Below the pieces are notes generated by a model, which saw only the letters and a program-made list of their open reading frames with translations, was not told the DNA's origin and made no database searches. The translations under genes and the position numbers were made by a program. Source: Lama guanicoe (Eukaryota). Taken from it: a DNA stretch of 64,000 nt. Within the stretch, counting starts at the first letter, position 1, and the number at the start of each line of letters is the position of its first letter. Below are positions 1-11,791 of the stretch, piece by piece. The stretch covers positions 7,104,270 through 7,168,269 of the forward strand of contig MU054212.1 in the NCBI GenBank assembly GCA_013239625.1, given 5' to 3'.

Positions 1-388
1 ATGTTATAGGATCATTCAGTGAGATGTTAATTCCAACCTTGTTTTTCCTAAGGTAGGATGGACAGCCAGTCTTCTGTTTTCTGGGCTTCCTAACCACTTT
101 CTTTGGGTTTCAAGATCCATCCTTAAGAAAACCTCCAGAACCAGTCCTTGTTTGAAAGAACCAAACTGATCATTGTTCGAAAGGAACCTGCAATTTCATC
201 AGAGTTGGGAGGAAGGAAGGAAACTGGTGCATGTGGAGGAAGGAAGAGATAGTTGGCACTGTGCATCTGAATCGAGTGGAGGCCTAGGAGGTTCTGTGAT
301 CAGTTGAGTTCTGGTCACACTCCTTAGTTCTCAGTAAACAGCAAAATTCCCATGGGTCTGTCTGCAGTATCACTGGTAACTCCGAGAG

Positions 389-602
389 CAGTTTCCCAAC
401 TCTGGCCCCATTGATACATTGGGCTGGATAATTCTTTGTTGTCAGGTGTCCTGTGCCTTGCAGGATGTTTAGCAGCATCCCTGGTGTCTACCCACTAGAT
501 GCCATTAGCACCTCCTCTCCAAGTTGTGACAACCAAAAATGTCACCTATCATTGCCAAATGTCTCCTGAAGGGCCAAATCCCCCTCACCGCCATTGAGAA
601 CT
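389..602. mobile_element. MER20-like non-autonomous hAT-Charlie DNA transposon
   Basis: Matches recalled MER20 consensus along its length (GATAATTCTTTGTTG...GGATGTTTAGCAGCATCCCTGG...CTACCCACTAGATGCC...GTTGTGACAACCAAAAATGTC...TTGAGAAC). Confidence 0.9.
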
Positions 603-1599
603 AGAGGATTACAGCAGAGTGTTAGAGGCTGAATTTGGAATGGAAAGAATGGAGAGAATAAATGTCAGGAGCTACAAAGCCACCTGCCTTTAAAAGGGCC
701 TCTGAGATTGAATAACAGGCGCATAAAATGATGCACAAACAGGCTGAGTCAAGTCCAGCTTCTCCAGACTGTGTAAGCCTAAAGCTCATATCAGCTCCAA
801 GGGTTGTGGGTGGAGGACTAGTCAGATGATTTTTCATAAACCCTGGCAGGTGGGGATTAAGCTAGATTTGATTTGATTTAGAAAACTAAAGAAATGTAAC
901 AGTTATTTTATGTAAGAGACATAGTGCCAATTTGTACCTGTTATGTATTTAAAAAAGAAACTTAGCAATGTTCCCAGCATACTGCAAACAGCCAACAAAA
1001 TTAAATGTGTTATTATCATCCCTACTTTATAGATGATGAAAATGAATGACAAAGAAAGTAAACAACCTTTCAAAGAAACAGAACTAATAAAATGGATCCT
1101 AAAATGAGTTAGTCCTTGTGGCCTTACTCTTTGTACACTGTTGCCCATGTTATGGTTAATTTTGTCAGATTGCCTAGAAAGTACTATTTTATCTCCTCTC
1201 AGTCCAACTTAGAAAATGCAGGCATCCATTATGATCCTAATACCCATTTTAATGATTTCAGGATATCTGAAAAATATATAACCCAATTTAATTTTTTTGA
1301 ACAGTCAGGACACCTATAAAACCATGTAAGAACCTCCCAGAATGAAGGTGCTTAAGTATCAAAATGATGGTTATAGACTATAGGCACTAAAATTCTGAAA
1401 AACTCAAAACGGACTGGGGTAGATGAGGAAGGCATCGTGGGATTTGAGCTAGAAATTTAATAGGTAGAACAAGTAGAAAATTGGGGGAAAGGCTTGGAGG
1501 CCAGGAAAACAACATATGTATTTTTGCTGCAGAAAAGTGCCACAGTCTGGCACCGATTGTTAATCTCCAGCCTTTGCTCTCTTTACAGCCCCCACGGCC

Positions 1600-1850
1600 T
1601 TTCCCTCTGCACACGGTCAAGCGTGCAATCACACTGTCCTCCAAACATGTCAGACCCTCTGAGTCTCACGTTTTGGTATGGCTGCTCCCCTGCCCTGAGA
1701 TCACTCTGCTGAGTCTGGCCCACCTCACTTACAATCCCTCTTTTCCCTTCAATTTCAAAACTCAAATTCACCTCCTCATGTTTCCTAAGAGAAAACCAGC
1801 CACTTCCTCCTCTCTGTTCCCAACTCTGTCCTAGCACTTACTACAGTGGT
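1600..1850 (+). mobile_element. L2 LINE fragment (degenerate)
   Basis: Pyrimidine-rich L2-like motifs such as TCCCTTCAATTTCAAAACTCAAATTCACCTCCTC. Confidence 0.4.
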
Positions 1851-1999
1851 ATTTGATTTATGCCTATAGTGCCCCCAACCGTGGGTCAAATGCAAATCTC
1901 TGATACGTATACCTGTAGTAATTGAGCATGATCCAAAGTTTTGTTCTACCCTTTAATTAAACCCCATAAAAATCCACTTGACCCTTTAAACTCATTTTT

Positions 2000-3555
2000 A
2001 ATTACACAACTAAGACATAAATACAGTGTCCTTTTACATTTTCCAAAAAATTTAGATCTAAATCTAAAATCCCTTTTGACCTTTATCCTCAATCCTAGTA
2101 TTGTCTCCCATTCCCCTAGGTAATCAATATTATGTCTTTGGTGTATATTTCCTTTTTTTTTTCAATCTTTAGTGTCTATCTGTGCTGTTTTAAATTGTTT
2201 CATCTGTTTGCTTTTTTTAGGGAGTATCATATTCCATATATTGTACAATACATGACTTTTAGAGTAATCCGTATTGATATCTATGGATTGTGTATTTTAA
2301 TTCCTAGACAGTATTCCATAAAGTGTGCATTCCATGTTTGATTTTAACTTCTTTTGAACATTAAATTGTTTTCAATGCTTTGATAATTCAAAAATGCTGC
2401 AAATATTCTTTTTCCCTCAGGCAGATATCTAGAAATAGAATTGCAAGTCATAGGCTCAGAAAATTTATTTTTAATTGTACTTCCAAATTTCTGCCTAAAG
2501 TGAGTAAATCAATGTATTCATACCCTAAAAATAGCTCAGGAATGAACCTGTTTTCTACATTTTTACTGACTTTTTTTTATTGAAGTACAGTCAGTTACAG
2601 TTACAATGTGTCAGTTTCTGGTGTACAGCACAAGGTCCCAGTCATGTATATACATACACATACTCATTTTCATATTCTTTTTCATTAAAGGTTATTGCAA
2701 GATATCAAACATACTTCCCTGTGCTATACAGCAGAAACTTTTTAAAAATCTATTTTTATATATACTGACACTTTTTATTACCAGAACTTTCTAACTTTTG
2801 CATAAATAATCTCATTTTCTTTTTATATACATTTCTCCGACTAGGCTAATTTGGGGAGAATTTATATTTTCCTAATATTGAATATTGCCATTTAGTTCTT
2901 TGTTTATTTAGATCTATATGTTTCATTGAATAAAGTTTTATTATTTTCCCCATAAACATCTTGCCTTTTTTTTAGTTTTTTTTTCAAAATCAGACATCTT
3001 CTATTTTTGTTATCGTCGTAAACAGACTCTTGTTCTCTATTTTGATGTTTAATTTTTTACTGATGAAAAATAGGAAAAATTGACTTTTGCATGGGGAACT
3101 TTATCCAACCAATTTGCTAAGTTCTTTTATTGTTCCATTGTTTATTAGTTGATTCTCTTTAATGTACTAGGAAGACCATTATCTTTTTAATCTTTGAGCC
3201 ATATTTTCTTCTACTGTTTTAGCTTCAATCTGTAGCATAATGATCAATAATAGTAGTGATAATTGAGATTCTGTTCTTATTTCTGACATTACTGAGCATG
3301 TTTTTAATATTTTATTGTTAAATGTGACTTTTGCATCAGTTTTTATCAGATATCTGAATGGATTAAGAATATTTTCTACTTCTCATTTTTTAAGAGTTTT
3401 TACCACGAATATATGTTAGATTTAATAAAATTCTCAATTAGTATTCATTAAAATAATCATATAATTTTCTCCTTGAGTCTATTAGCAAAGGGAGTTACCT
3501 TGATAGAATTTCTCCTGTTTATCCATCTTTACAATACATGGATAAACCTTCTCAG
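2000..3555 (-). mobile_element. Old L1 (L1ME-like) antisense fragments, interrupted by a younger L1 3' end
   Basis: T-rich antisense L1 motifs (TCTAGAAATAGAATTGC, AACTTTATCCAACCAATTTGCTAAGTTC, TGTTCTTATTTCTGAC). Confidence 0.6.
2571..2762 (-). mobile_element. Young, heavily 5'-truncated L1 3' end (cetartiodactyl/camelid type)
   Basis: Poly-T, then ATTGAAGTACAGTC...TTTCTGGTGTACAGCA...TTCCCTGTGCTATACAG; flanked by the direct repeat TACTGAC (2564-2570 and 2763-2769). Confidence 0.85.
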
Positions 3556-3559
3556 TCAC

Positions 3560-3970
3560 TGTATCAGTTACAAATTGCATTCAGCTAGTCGTAAAAGAGA
3601 CCTGGCTATAATGGATTAGACACACATGGGCTTATATTTCTGAAATAATCAGGTCTAGAGTAAGGCAGTTGCTGGCATTGGTTCAGCAATTTAAGGATGT
3701 AAAGGAGAAAGTCTGTCTTTTGGTTTTTCCTCATAGTCCCAAGATTACCACTAAAGATATAGGCATCATGTCCTCCTCATTAGAGTCAGGAAAAATGAAA
3801 AAAAGAGATTTAGGTAACAGTAGTTTCCCAGAAGTCCTAACCCACAATTTCTCCTTGCATTTCATTCACCATGCCACCTCCAAAAAATTGAGAGGAAAAT
3901 AATTTTTAAGCTGGTCATATTAATGACTGGAAGGAAGCTGAGTGTTTAGTAGATAACTATGTATCCTCAC
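3560..3970. mobile_element. MaLR LTR (MLT1J/K-like) solo LTR
   Basis: TGTATCAGTTA...TGCATTCAGCT...TCTAGAGTAAGGCAG pattern typical of old MLT1 LTRs. Confidence 0.55.
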
Positions 3971-4049
3971 CACGGTTATAATACATTCTTCTTTTAACAC
4001 ATAGCTTGATTTGAATAGCGAATGTTTAATTTGTAATTCTGCATTGTCA

Positions 4050-5140
4050 TTGGTACAACCCATAGAGTTTATTCAGATTTCACCAGTTATACATGAACTC
4101 ATTTGTGCATGGAGGGAAAGGGTAGAGCGCTTTGCAATTCTATCACATGCATACCTTTAAGTAACCACTACCACGATCAAGATACTTAATTGAATAATCC
4201 CCACAAGATTCCTCTATTGTACTTCTTTGTAGCCACACTAATTTCCCCCTCCCCATCCTAACCTTCAACAATCACTAATCTGTTTCCCATCTCTGTGATT
4301 GTTACTTCACAATGTTATATGAATGAATCATGAAGTATATATCCTTTTGACATTAACTTTTTCTCTCAACATAACTTCCTTTATGCTTATGTAAGTTATT
4401 ACAGGTTTCAATAGCAAGTTATTCCTGAACAGCATTCTCTGGCACAGATGTATATTTTTTTCATTAACCATTCACCTTCTGAAGGACATCTGGATAGTTT
4501 CCTATTTGGGGCTACTATAACAAAGCTGCTAAGAATATTCATGTCCAAGTTGCTGTGTGAAAAATGTCTTCATTACTTTGGCACATATACAAATTAGTGC
4601 TATTTATGGGTCATATGGTAGTCCATTTTTAATGTTAAAGGGAGCTACCAGACTCTTTTCTAAAGTACTAGTAACATTTTGTATTCCTACCAGAGATGTA
4701 GGGGAGATCTGATTTTCCGCATCCTCACCAACATTTGGTATTACCACTATTTTTTATTTGGCTCTTCTGATAGTTGTGTAGGGATACCTCACTGGTTTTA
4801 ATTTGCATTTATCTGCTGGCTAACGATGTTGAACATATTTTTATGTACTTTCCATTTTCATATTCTCTTTGGTAAAATGTCAGTTCAAGTCTTTGCCCAT
4901 TTTCTAATTTGATTGACTGTTTTTGAATATTCAAGTTTGAAATTTCTTTATATATTCTAGATACAAGTCCTTTATCAGATGTGTGCTTTGCAAATATTTA
5001 TCTCACTGTATGATGTGTTTTATTATTCTCTTAATGGAGTCTTCCACAGAGAAAAATCTTTAATTTTGACAACATTCAATTCATCAGTTTTTTTAACTAT
5101 ATGGATTATGCCTTTTGGTGTCAAATATAAGAACTCTTTG
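4050..5140 (-). mobile_element. L1MC/L1MB-like 3' UTR and ORF2 end, antisense
   Basis: TTATTCAGATTTCACCAG, GGTTTTAATTTGCATTT, TATATTCTAGATACAAGTCCTTTATCAGAT are L1 antisense hallmarks. Confidence 0.85.
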
Positions 5141-5143
5141 CTA

Positions 5144-6360
5144 GATGTCAGCAAGAATGGTCGAATAACGACTTCCAATAATCCTTCCAAAAAGCACAAA
5201 ATTGTCAAAATCAACATTTTCAGAAGCGTGGAAATTAGCCAAAGACATTCAACAAGCTGGAGGGAATTTACTTAAGAAAATTGACTGAATCTTCGTAAGA
5301 ACAGTGAGCTTTGTGCTATTTTTACTTTTCCCAGTCTCATGACTCTTCATCAACCTTACATTAGCCTTGAAAACCAGTAGCTCCACAAGCACACTGAAAG
5401 CAACAGCCTAACAACCTACAGAGGTTAAATAACACAGTAGAATCACCTTAAAATCTTAACTCCCAGATAAATGTCATTATTTGACTTGTCTGGCATTTTC
5501 CTGGGCAATCCCACTAGCAAGGTTTATCTTTATTCACCCTGACACAGAGCTGGCCCAGTGCAGATAGCCTTTTCCCTGGGAGTGTTTATCAAAAACAATC
5601 AATCACAATTGTTTAATATCTCAGCTGCCTGAGATGGCAGTAACAATTGAGACAAAACATTAAACATACCCAAAATATTAAAAGGGAAAACTTTTGATTG
5701 AGATATATGTAGGTGACTTTGAATAGCTGTAATAGATTCCTGCAAGTATGGGAGGCCACGTGCATACATGAGGCTGTGGGCATGGCTATAAAAGATGTGC
5801 GAGGGCCCTAAGCTTTCCACCTCTGGATGAACTTGAAGTTTTCCACTAATAGGAGATAAAGGTTAGGATAGACTTGTAAACTTTATGCCTGAACCTTAAA
5901 GTAATATCCCCAGAATCAAATAAAGACCTTCGGCAAAATGTGAGAGACTCATTGCTTCAGGCATTTAAAGAAATCTCTGTCCAATCATTAGTTAGCCATT
6001 AAGATAATTGAGCACAAACTTTAGCAGCCACACACTGAAAAGAATACAGACTTAAGAATTTATCCAAGAAAGCTGCTAAACAAACAAACAACAACAAAAT
6101 CATTAACAACAACAAAGAGCAATAACAACAAACTTTTTAAATGTTTAAATGTCCAGTTTTCAAAAGAAATAAATTATGAAACATGTAGAGAAATGAGAAA
6201 GTATGGTTTATACTTGAAGGAAAAAAGCAATTTATAAAACCTTTCCCTGAGGATATACAGACATTGGATTTACTGGACAAAGAGGTTAAATTTGCTGTTT
6301 TAAATATGTTCAAAGAACACAAGGAAACCATATCTGAAGCAATAAAGGAAAATATGCATC
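5144..6360 (+). mobile_element. L1 5' UTR and start of ORF1, sense
   Basis: Starts GATGTCAGCAAGAATGG; ends with ORF1-like ACAGACATTGGATTTACTGGACAAAGA...AAATATGTTCAAAGAAC. Confidence 0.7.
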
Positions 6361-9300
6361 TGTGCATGTGTCATAAATTTCTATTTTACTTCAATCATGT
6401 ATACAAGAACAATGGAAATTAAGTGTAAGATTTTGCAGGGTTTTTTTCCCTCAGAGACTGTGCAAGTCTCTTCTCTGTGGTAGGTACGATTATTATTGAT
6501 TAGTTAAATTCTTCTTAAGAGTCAAGCTGAGCTGATGCTGTTCCTTCGTTTTGATTAGATCAGCTTCTCCGTTATGTTCTCAAAACCTAACCTCTCACAC
6601 ATCTGCCTTTTCGGTATCGTCGCTATTTGAACTGGGAGAGGATAGAGGCATTTTTAGGTCATTCAGTTCACCATTGAATTCAACTTAGTCAGGGTCTTAG
6701 AATCCAGTCACCACATGGATGGACAAGGCAAGCAATTTCCCTCTGCTTTGAACCCCTTTTCCACTCCTATTTTCTTTGTAGAATTTGTGAAGGGAAATCA
6801 TGTGTTGTGCTACAATTGTTGGAAGATCAATTAATTTGGGGAATTAGGGCTATTCCAGATTTAATATGTTTCCATAACTCCGTTGACTCTTTCTCATTCC
6901 TGAATTCTATTCATGAGAAGTAGATTGATTTTCCACCTGCCTGAACTCAGACTAGATGTTCACCTCCAGCTGCAGAATTTGCCCAAGCTCTATACTCACC
7001 TATGAAGGGTTTGTTCCTCACTTAAAAGTGGCTATTGCTGTTGGTGTTACCATGGAAGCAAAACTGTATCATAACCATCCTATATGCTGATCAGAAGGAA
7101 AGTCTTAGTTTACTTACTGTTTACTATTCTGTTTCCTAATGTAAGTTCTACATTTTTCTCTGGGCTGCTATATCCCACATGTGTTTGTATCTAGGTCATT
7201 CACTATCATTTATTCTAAATCAAAATATTAACAATTTCCATTTTGATCCATGACATTTTTTTTCCAAGTTCGTTGGACAACATTGCTGTTCTACAAGATG
7301 TTTGGCTTTCATTTTGTTGTCTACTTTTATAGTTGCATTTTGGTCAAGACATATGATGCATAGATGGTTTCTCAATTTTTGGAAATTTTTTCAAGCTTAT
7401 TGTGAGTCTAGTACACAGTTACTTTTGTCTTTTAAAATTCTTGAATCTTTAAAAATACCATAGCATATATTTTATGTGCAAATAATTATATGAGCGACTC
7501 CCAATTAGATCAAACTCACTTATGATATCTAAAACATCTAGAGTTTTATTTACTCCATGTCTGTCAATCTGAGAGATATATTTTAAAATATCTCAGTATA
7601 ACTGGGTTTGTCAATTTTTATTGAATTTTGAGTTTAGTTATTTTGTAAGGATCATGACTATTATATTATTGTAAGAAGGAGGGTTCTTTTTTTTTTCAAA
7701 AAGAAGCTCCTCTCTTTGATCCTTTTAATGCTTTGTGCCTTGAATTCTAAATTTTGTTACTAGAGTTAAACTGTTTTCTCTTTGTTGCTAGTCTTATTTT
7801 CTTATTTATTTTCCATCATCCTGTGTCACTTTTAGACATGTGTCTACAAAATGAAATATAGCTGCATTTTTAAAACAAAGAGCTAACCTTCTTTAACCAA
7901 ACTCTATTTATTGTTATTGCTAACTTACTTGAACTTATTCCTGCCATTTTATTTCATGTTTCATATTTATGATAATCTCTTTTTCCTTTTCATTTTTAAC
8001 ATTTCTGTCTGTCATTGACATGATCACATTTTCTTTGTTCCATTTACTTCTCTGTATGTATAGAAGTTTTACAGTCTATTTCTAGAATAATGGTTTGCTT
8101 TAAATTTTTAATACACGTGCAGGATCAGAATTTTTAATACATCAAGATTTAATCTGTTCTCAGTCTCCGTCATATACGTAGCCTGCCATCTTGAAGCCAG
8201 ATGTCTTTCCCAGATATGTGAGGTTATACTTCACTGAACTTTTGGGGGAGATACATTTTATTCATATGTCAGCAATCATTTATGCCTTTAAAATTTCTCT
8301 TTTCCAAATCTGCATTTCAGTTCCCAGTGCTTTGTTGCGTTCGTACTTTGGTTTCCGACCTAGTAAAAATGGCATTGAGATAAGAGGGAAATTTCTTACC
8401 AACCTAGTGAGATCAGTAGGCAGAGCCAAAATCATGGCAGTTAGTAAAAAGGACAGCAAATGAGTAAGTATTTTGTTTAGCACAGAGGTTTTTGGGTTAA
8501 GATAATTACTTGCTACATACTTAAAATTCAGCAGGAAAATGTTTCAAGGGAAATAAATCTTGCCTATGGGTCTTATGTAAGGATGACAGTGCACCACCCC
8601 TAACATTCTAAGTGTCCCCAAACTCAGAGATTCAAGGTATATTTACCAAGTACATATGATAGTCCAAGGACTGTGGTTGTAAGAAGTAAACCAAATAGGC
8701 GCTGTCTAAAGACTTTAAACAAATAAGTACACATTTGTATTAGGATGCCCCAGCAGAGATGACATGTTTAAGCTTTCTTACTCTTTTCCATAGAGGTATC
8801 ATAATAGAATGATGGAAGAAAGCCCTTTCTCTCCGTAAAGAATAAGTTTGGGGACCTCAGAAGCAATGAACTATTCAATTCAGTTTTCTGGGGAAAATTA
8901 GTTAGACCTTTCGGTTTTAAGGGTTAAGAAAAAAATAGTTGTCTTACCTTTAAAGAGTGGATTTCCCCAAGGATAATGTTACATATTCCACATTGTTCAC
9001 TCCCTCCCAGGACAAGTATGTATTCATCTGAGCTACTGAAAGTATCCCTTTTCAATAGTGGAGGTGATGTTTGTGCATACCTAGGCAAAAGTTACTAAGT
9101 GTAAGTCTTTTGGAAATGTTTAGACTGAATAAAAGGCTGAAAACAGAAGTGAGTATAGCACTATTTAGAGAGCACCAAATTGGCAAATCAGTGCGATATG
9201 AAATGGTGACAGGTGGGCCATGCCTTGCATTGATAAAAGATCTGCTTTCCGGGTGGGATTATGCAAAGCTGTGAAAACAGGAATCATATGTTTGTCGACA

Positions 9301-9471
9301 TGAACAATTAATTAAACTACTGTCATTAGCAAATAATTAAACCAGGAAAACTAAAGCCAATTTCATTAATCATTTTAAATTAATTGTGACAATGATCTTA
9401 ATAACAATTTGTCATTTGCATTTGTATGAACATTTTACAAAAGAAATATGTGTATATCAGAGACTTAGAAG

Positions 9472-9704
9472 TAGTGGCTCTCAAAAACATAATATGGATC
9501 AGAATCTCCTTCAGAGAGGAGACATTAAAAATGTAAATTAATGGGTTCCATACCTAGAAATTTAAATTCATTAGTTGTGAAAAAGACCCATGAACCTGGA
9601 TGTAACAACTTCTCCCCTTCTGATACACACACACACAGACACTCACACACAGAAATGGTCACTCTGATGCAACTGATCGTGTAGCTAACACTTGAAAAAC
9701 ACTG
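9472..9704. mobile_element. MER5-like hAT-Charlie MITE (degenerate, with internal CA repeat)
   Basis: TIR-like ends TAGTGGCTCTCAAA ... TTGAAAAACACTG; internal ATCAGAATCTCCT. Confidence 0.55.
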
Positions 9705-9934
9705 CTCAAGAAGTAAAACATTGATAAAAATAAAAATTGTTATATTATCTATTGTGAATTAGCATTTATTTGAATATTTACTTTATATATTTTTAATTAT
9801 AAGACAGTTCTTTCGGTGTTAATGAGTTTTAAATATCTATAGACAATAGTAAGAGTAAATCAATAAACATCATTACAAAAAATAAACTAATACAATTAAG
9901 TTAAGAAGAGTTCTAGATCTGTTTTCTAGTAAGA

Positions 9935-11783
9935 TACTAAAATGGCTTAATAGTTGGCTCCCTTCTCCAAAAGTAACCACAGAGAAACCAGATAGGGAAA
10001 ATACCATGAAAAGAAGAAAAGTGTAAAATTCCTCTGGAGTAATAGGGGGTTATTGTGAAATGGTGGGTTTGAGAGGGGTCGATGCTAGATTTTAACCAGG
10101 ACAGGGTTTGCAGTCTGGGCTTATTGTGGACAAGAAAGTAGCAACGGTGGATGTAGAGCTCTGCTATTGCTTTCTCCCCACCATTGCCTTGTTACAAAGA
10201 ATGTCTGTCCACAACAGAGGTGATCAAGAATTCTGGTGCAGCTGTCTGCAGGAGGCAGTTCCCGTTAGGGAAATAGTAGAACTTTGGGTCACCAAATTAG
10301 CTGGAGTACCAAAAGTGGAGACTAGTGGAGCCTCAGTACATGGCACATTTGCTGAATTTTGAAGCTACATGGGATGGGAAGCAAACAAGCCATGATGGAA
10401 ACCAGAGATAAATTGTATACAATCTCAGGAAACAAAAACCTTTCAGGGGAAGTGGCCCTAGCGAGTATACCAGAACCAGTGAAGTGATGATCTGAAACCA
10501 ATTTTACCATGAGGGCGTTTTACTGATTTTGGGGAGTTGGTGCTGGGGCACCTGGCTTGTCAAGACAGAGGCCTCTGCAGAGAAAGCTGAGTTTTCAGCC
10601 AGTACACGGGATTGAAAAAAAAGGTAGAAAATTGTGGGATCTCAAATTCAGAAGTTGTTTTATTTTAAACACACAATTCTAAAGAGCGCCAGGGCAGAAA
10701 CTAAAAAGGCAAGACAAAAATCTCTCAATAGATTAAAATTTATGCCATTTTGAGTGAGAGAACACAGACAAACTGTAGAAGTCCCAATGAACACAAGCAT
10801 ACTGATTGAAAAGCTTCAGAAGGATAAGCCTTATTGACAGGACAAACCAGAGGTAGACTAAGCCTTATTAAAATGTCCACCAAGCACCCAACTCCATTTA
10901 CCTAGCATTAAAAGGGGAATATATTCTCAGGGTGTGATAACACTATCAGAAAGATTTAATAAAATATTGTAGCTATGCCAAGAGACAAGACAATATGACC
11001 AAACTAAGGAGAAATAAGTAGACAATAATAAAAGAATAAAATGCAGTCCATATATTGAAGTTTTCAGACTTTAAAATATTAAGACTTTAAAATAATTAAA
11101 ATAATCTGTTTGGGAGAATAGAGGAAAAACTTGTAGAAAATATATGATAATAACTGAGTTTCACCAGACACTTGGACTACACAAAGAAAAATATGTAACT
11201 GAGATTAAAGAATTTAAAATATAATAACTGAAACTAGAAATTTATCTAATAAGTTTAACAGAAAATTAGAAGTAGCAGAAGACAGAATTAGTAAACTGCA
11301 GGGCAGATCAATGGAAACCCAGACTGAAGCACAAAGAAAAGCTTATTAAATGTGTAATAAGAACTCCAGAAAAAAGAAACAAGAGAATGGACCAGAAGCA
11401 ACACTTGAAAAAGTCACAGCTGAGTATTTTCAAAAATCATTAGGAATCTCTTGAAGGATCTATAAAAAGAGAACCTATTTCAGGCATGTCACTGTACACT
11501 GCTGGACAACAGTGATAATAAGAAAATCCTAAAGACAGCAAGGCGCAGGAAAAGACACATTACCTACAAAGGAGGAATAGTAAGACTAATAATGGAAGCT
11601 GGAACACAGTGCAATGACACACAACTAAGGAACTGAAAAGAAGAACTGCCAACTTAGAATTCTTTACCCAGTAAAAATATTCTTCAGTATACCTCCCTGA
11701 AAGTAAAATAAAGAGATTTTTAGACAAGCAGAAACTGCAAGAATATGCTGCCTGTAAACCTTCACTAAAAGCATAAAGTAATT
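9935..11783 (+). mobile_element. Old L1 5' region and ORF1 remnant, left part; resumes at ~15306
   Basis: ORF1-like A-rich motifs (GCAGAAGACAGAATTAGTAAACTG, CTTAGAATTCTTTACCCAGTAAAAATATTCTTC). Confidence 0.7.
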
Positions 11784-11791
11784 AAAATTCT

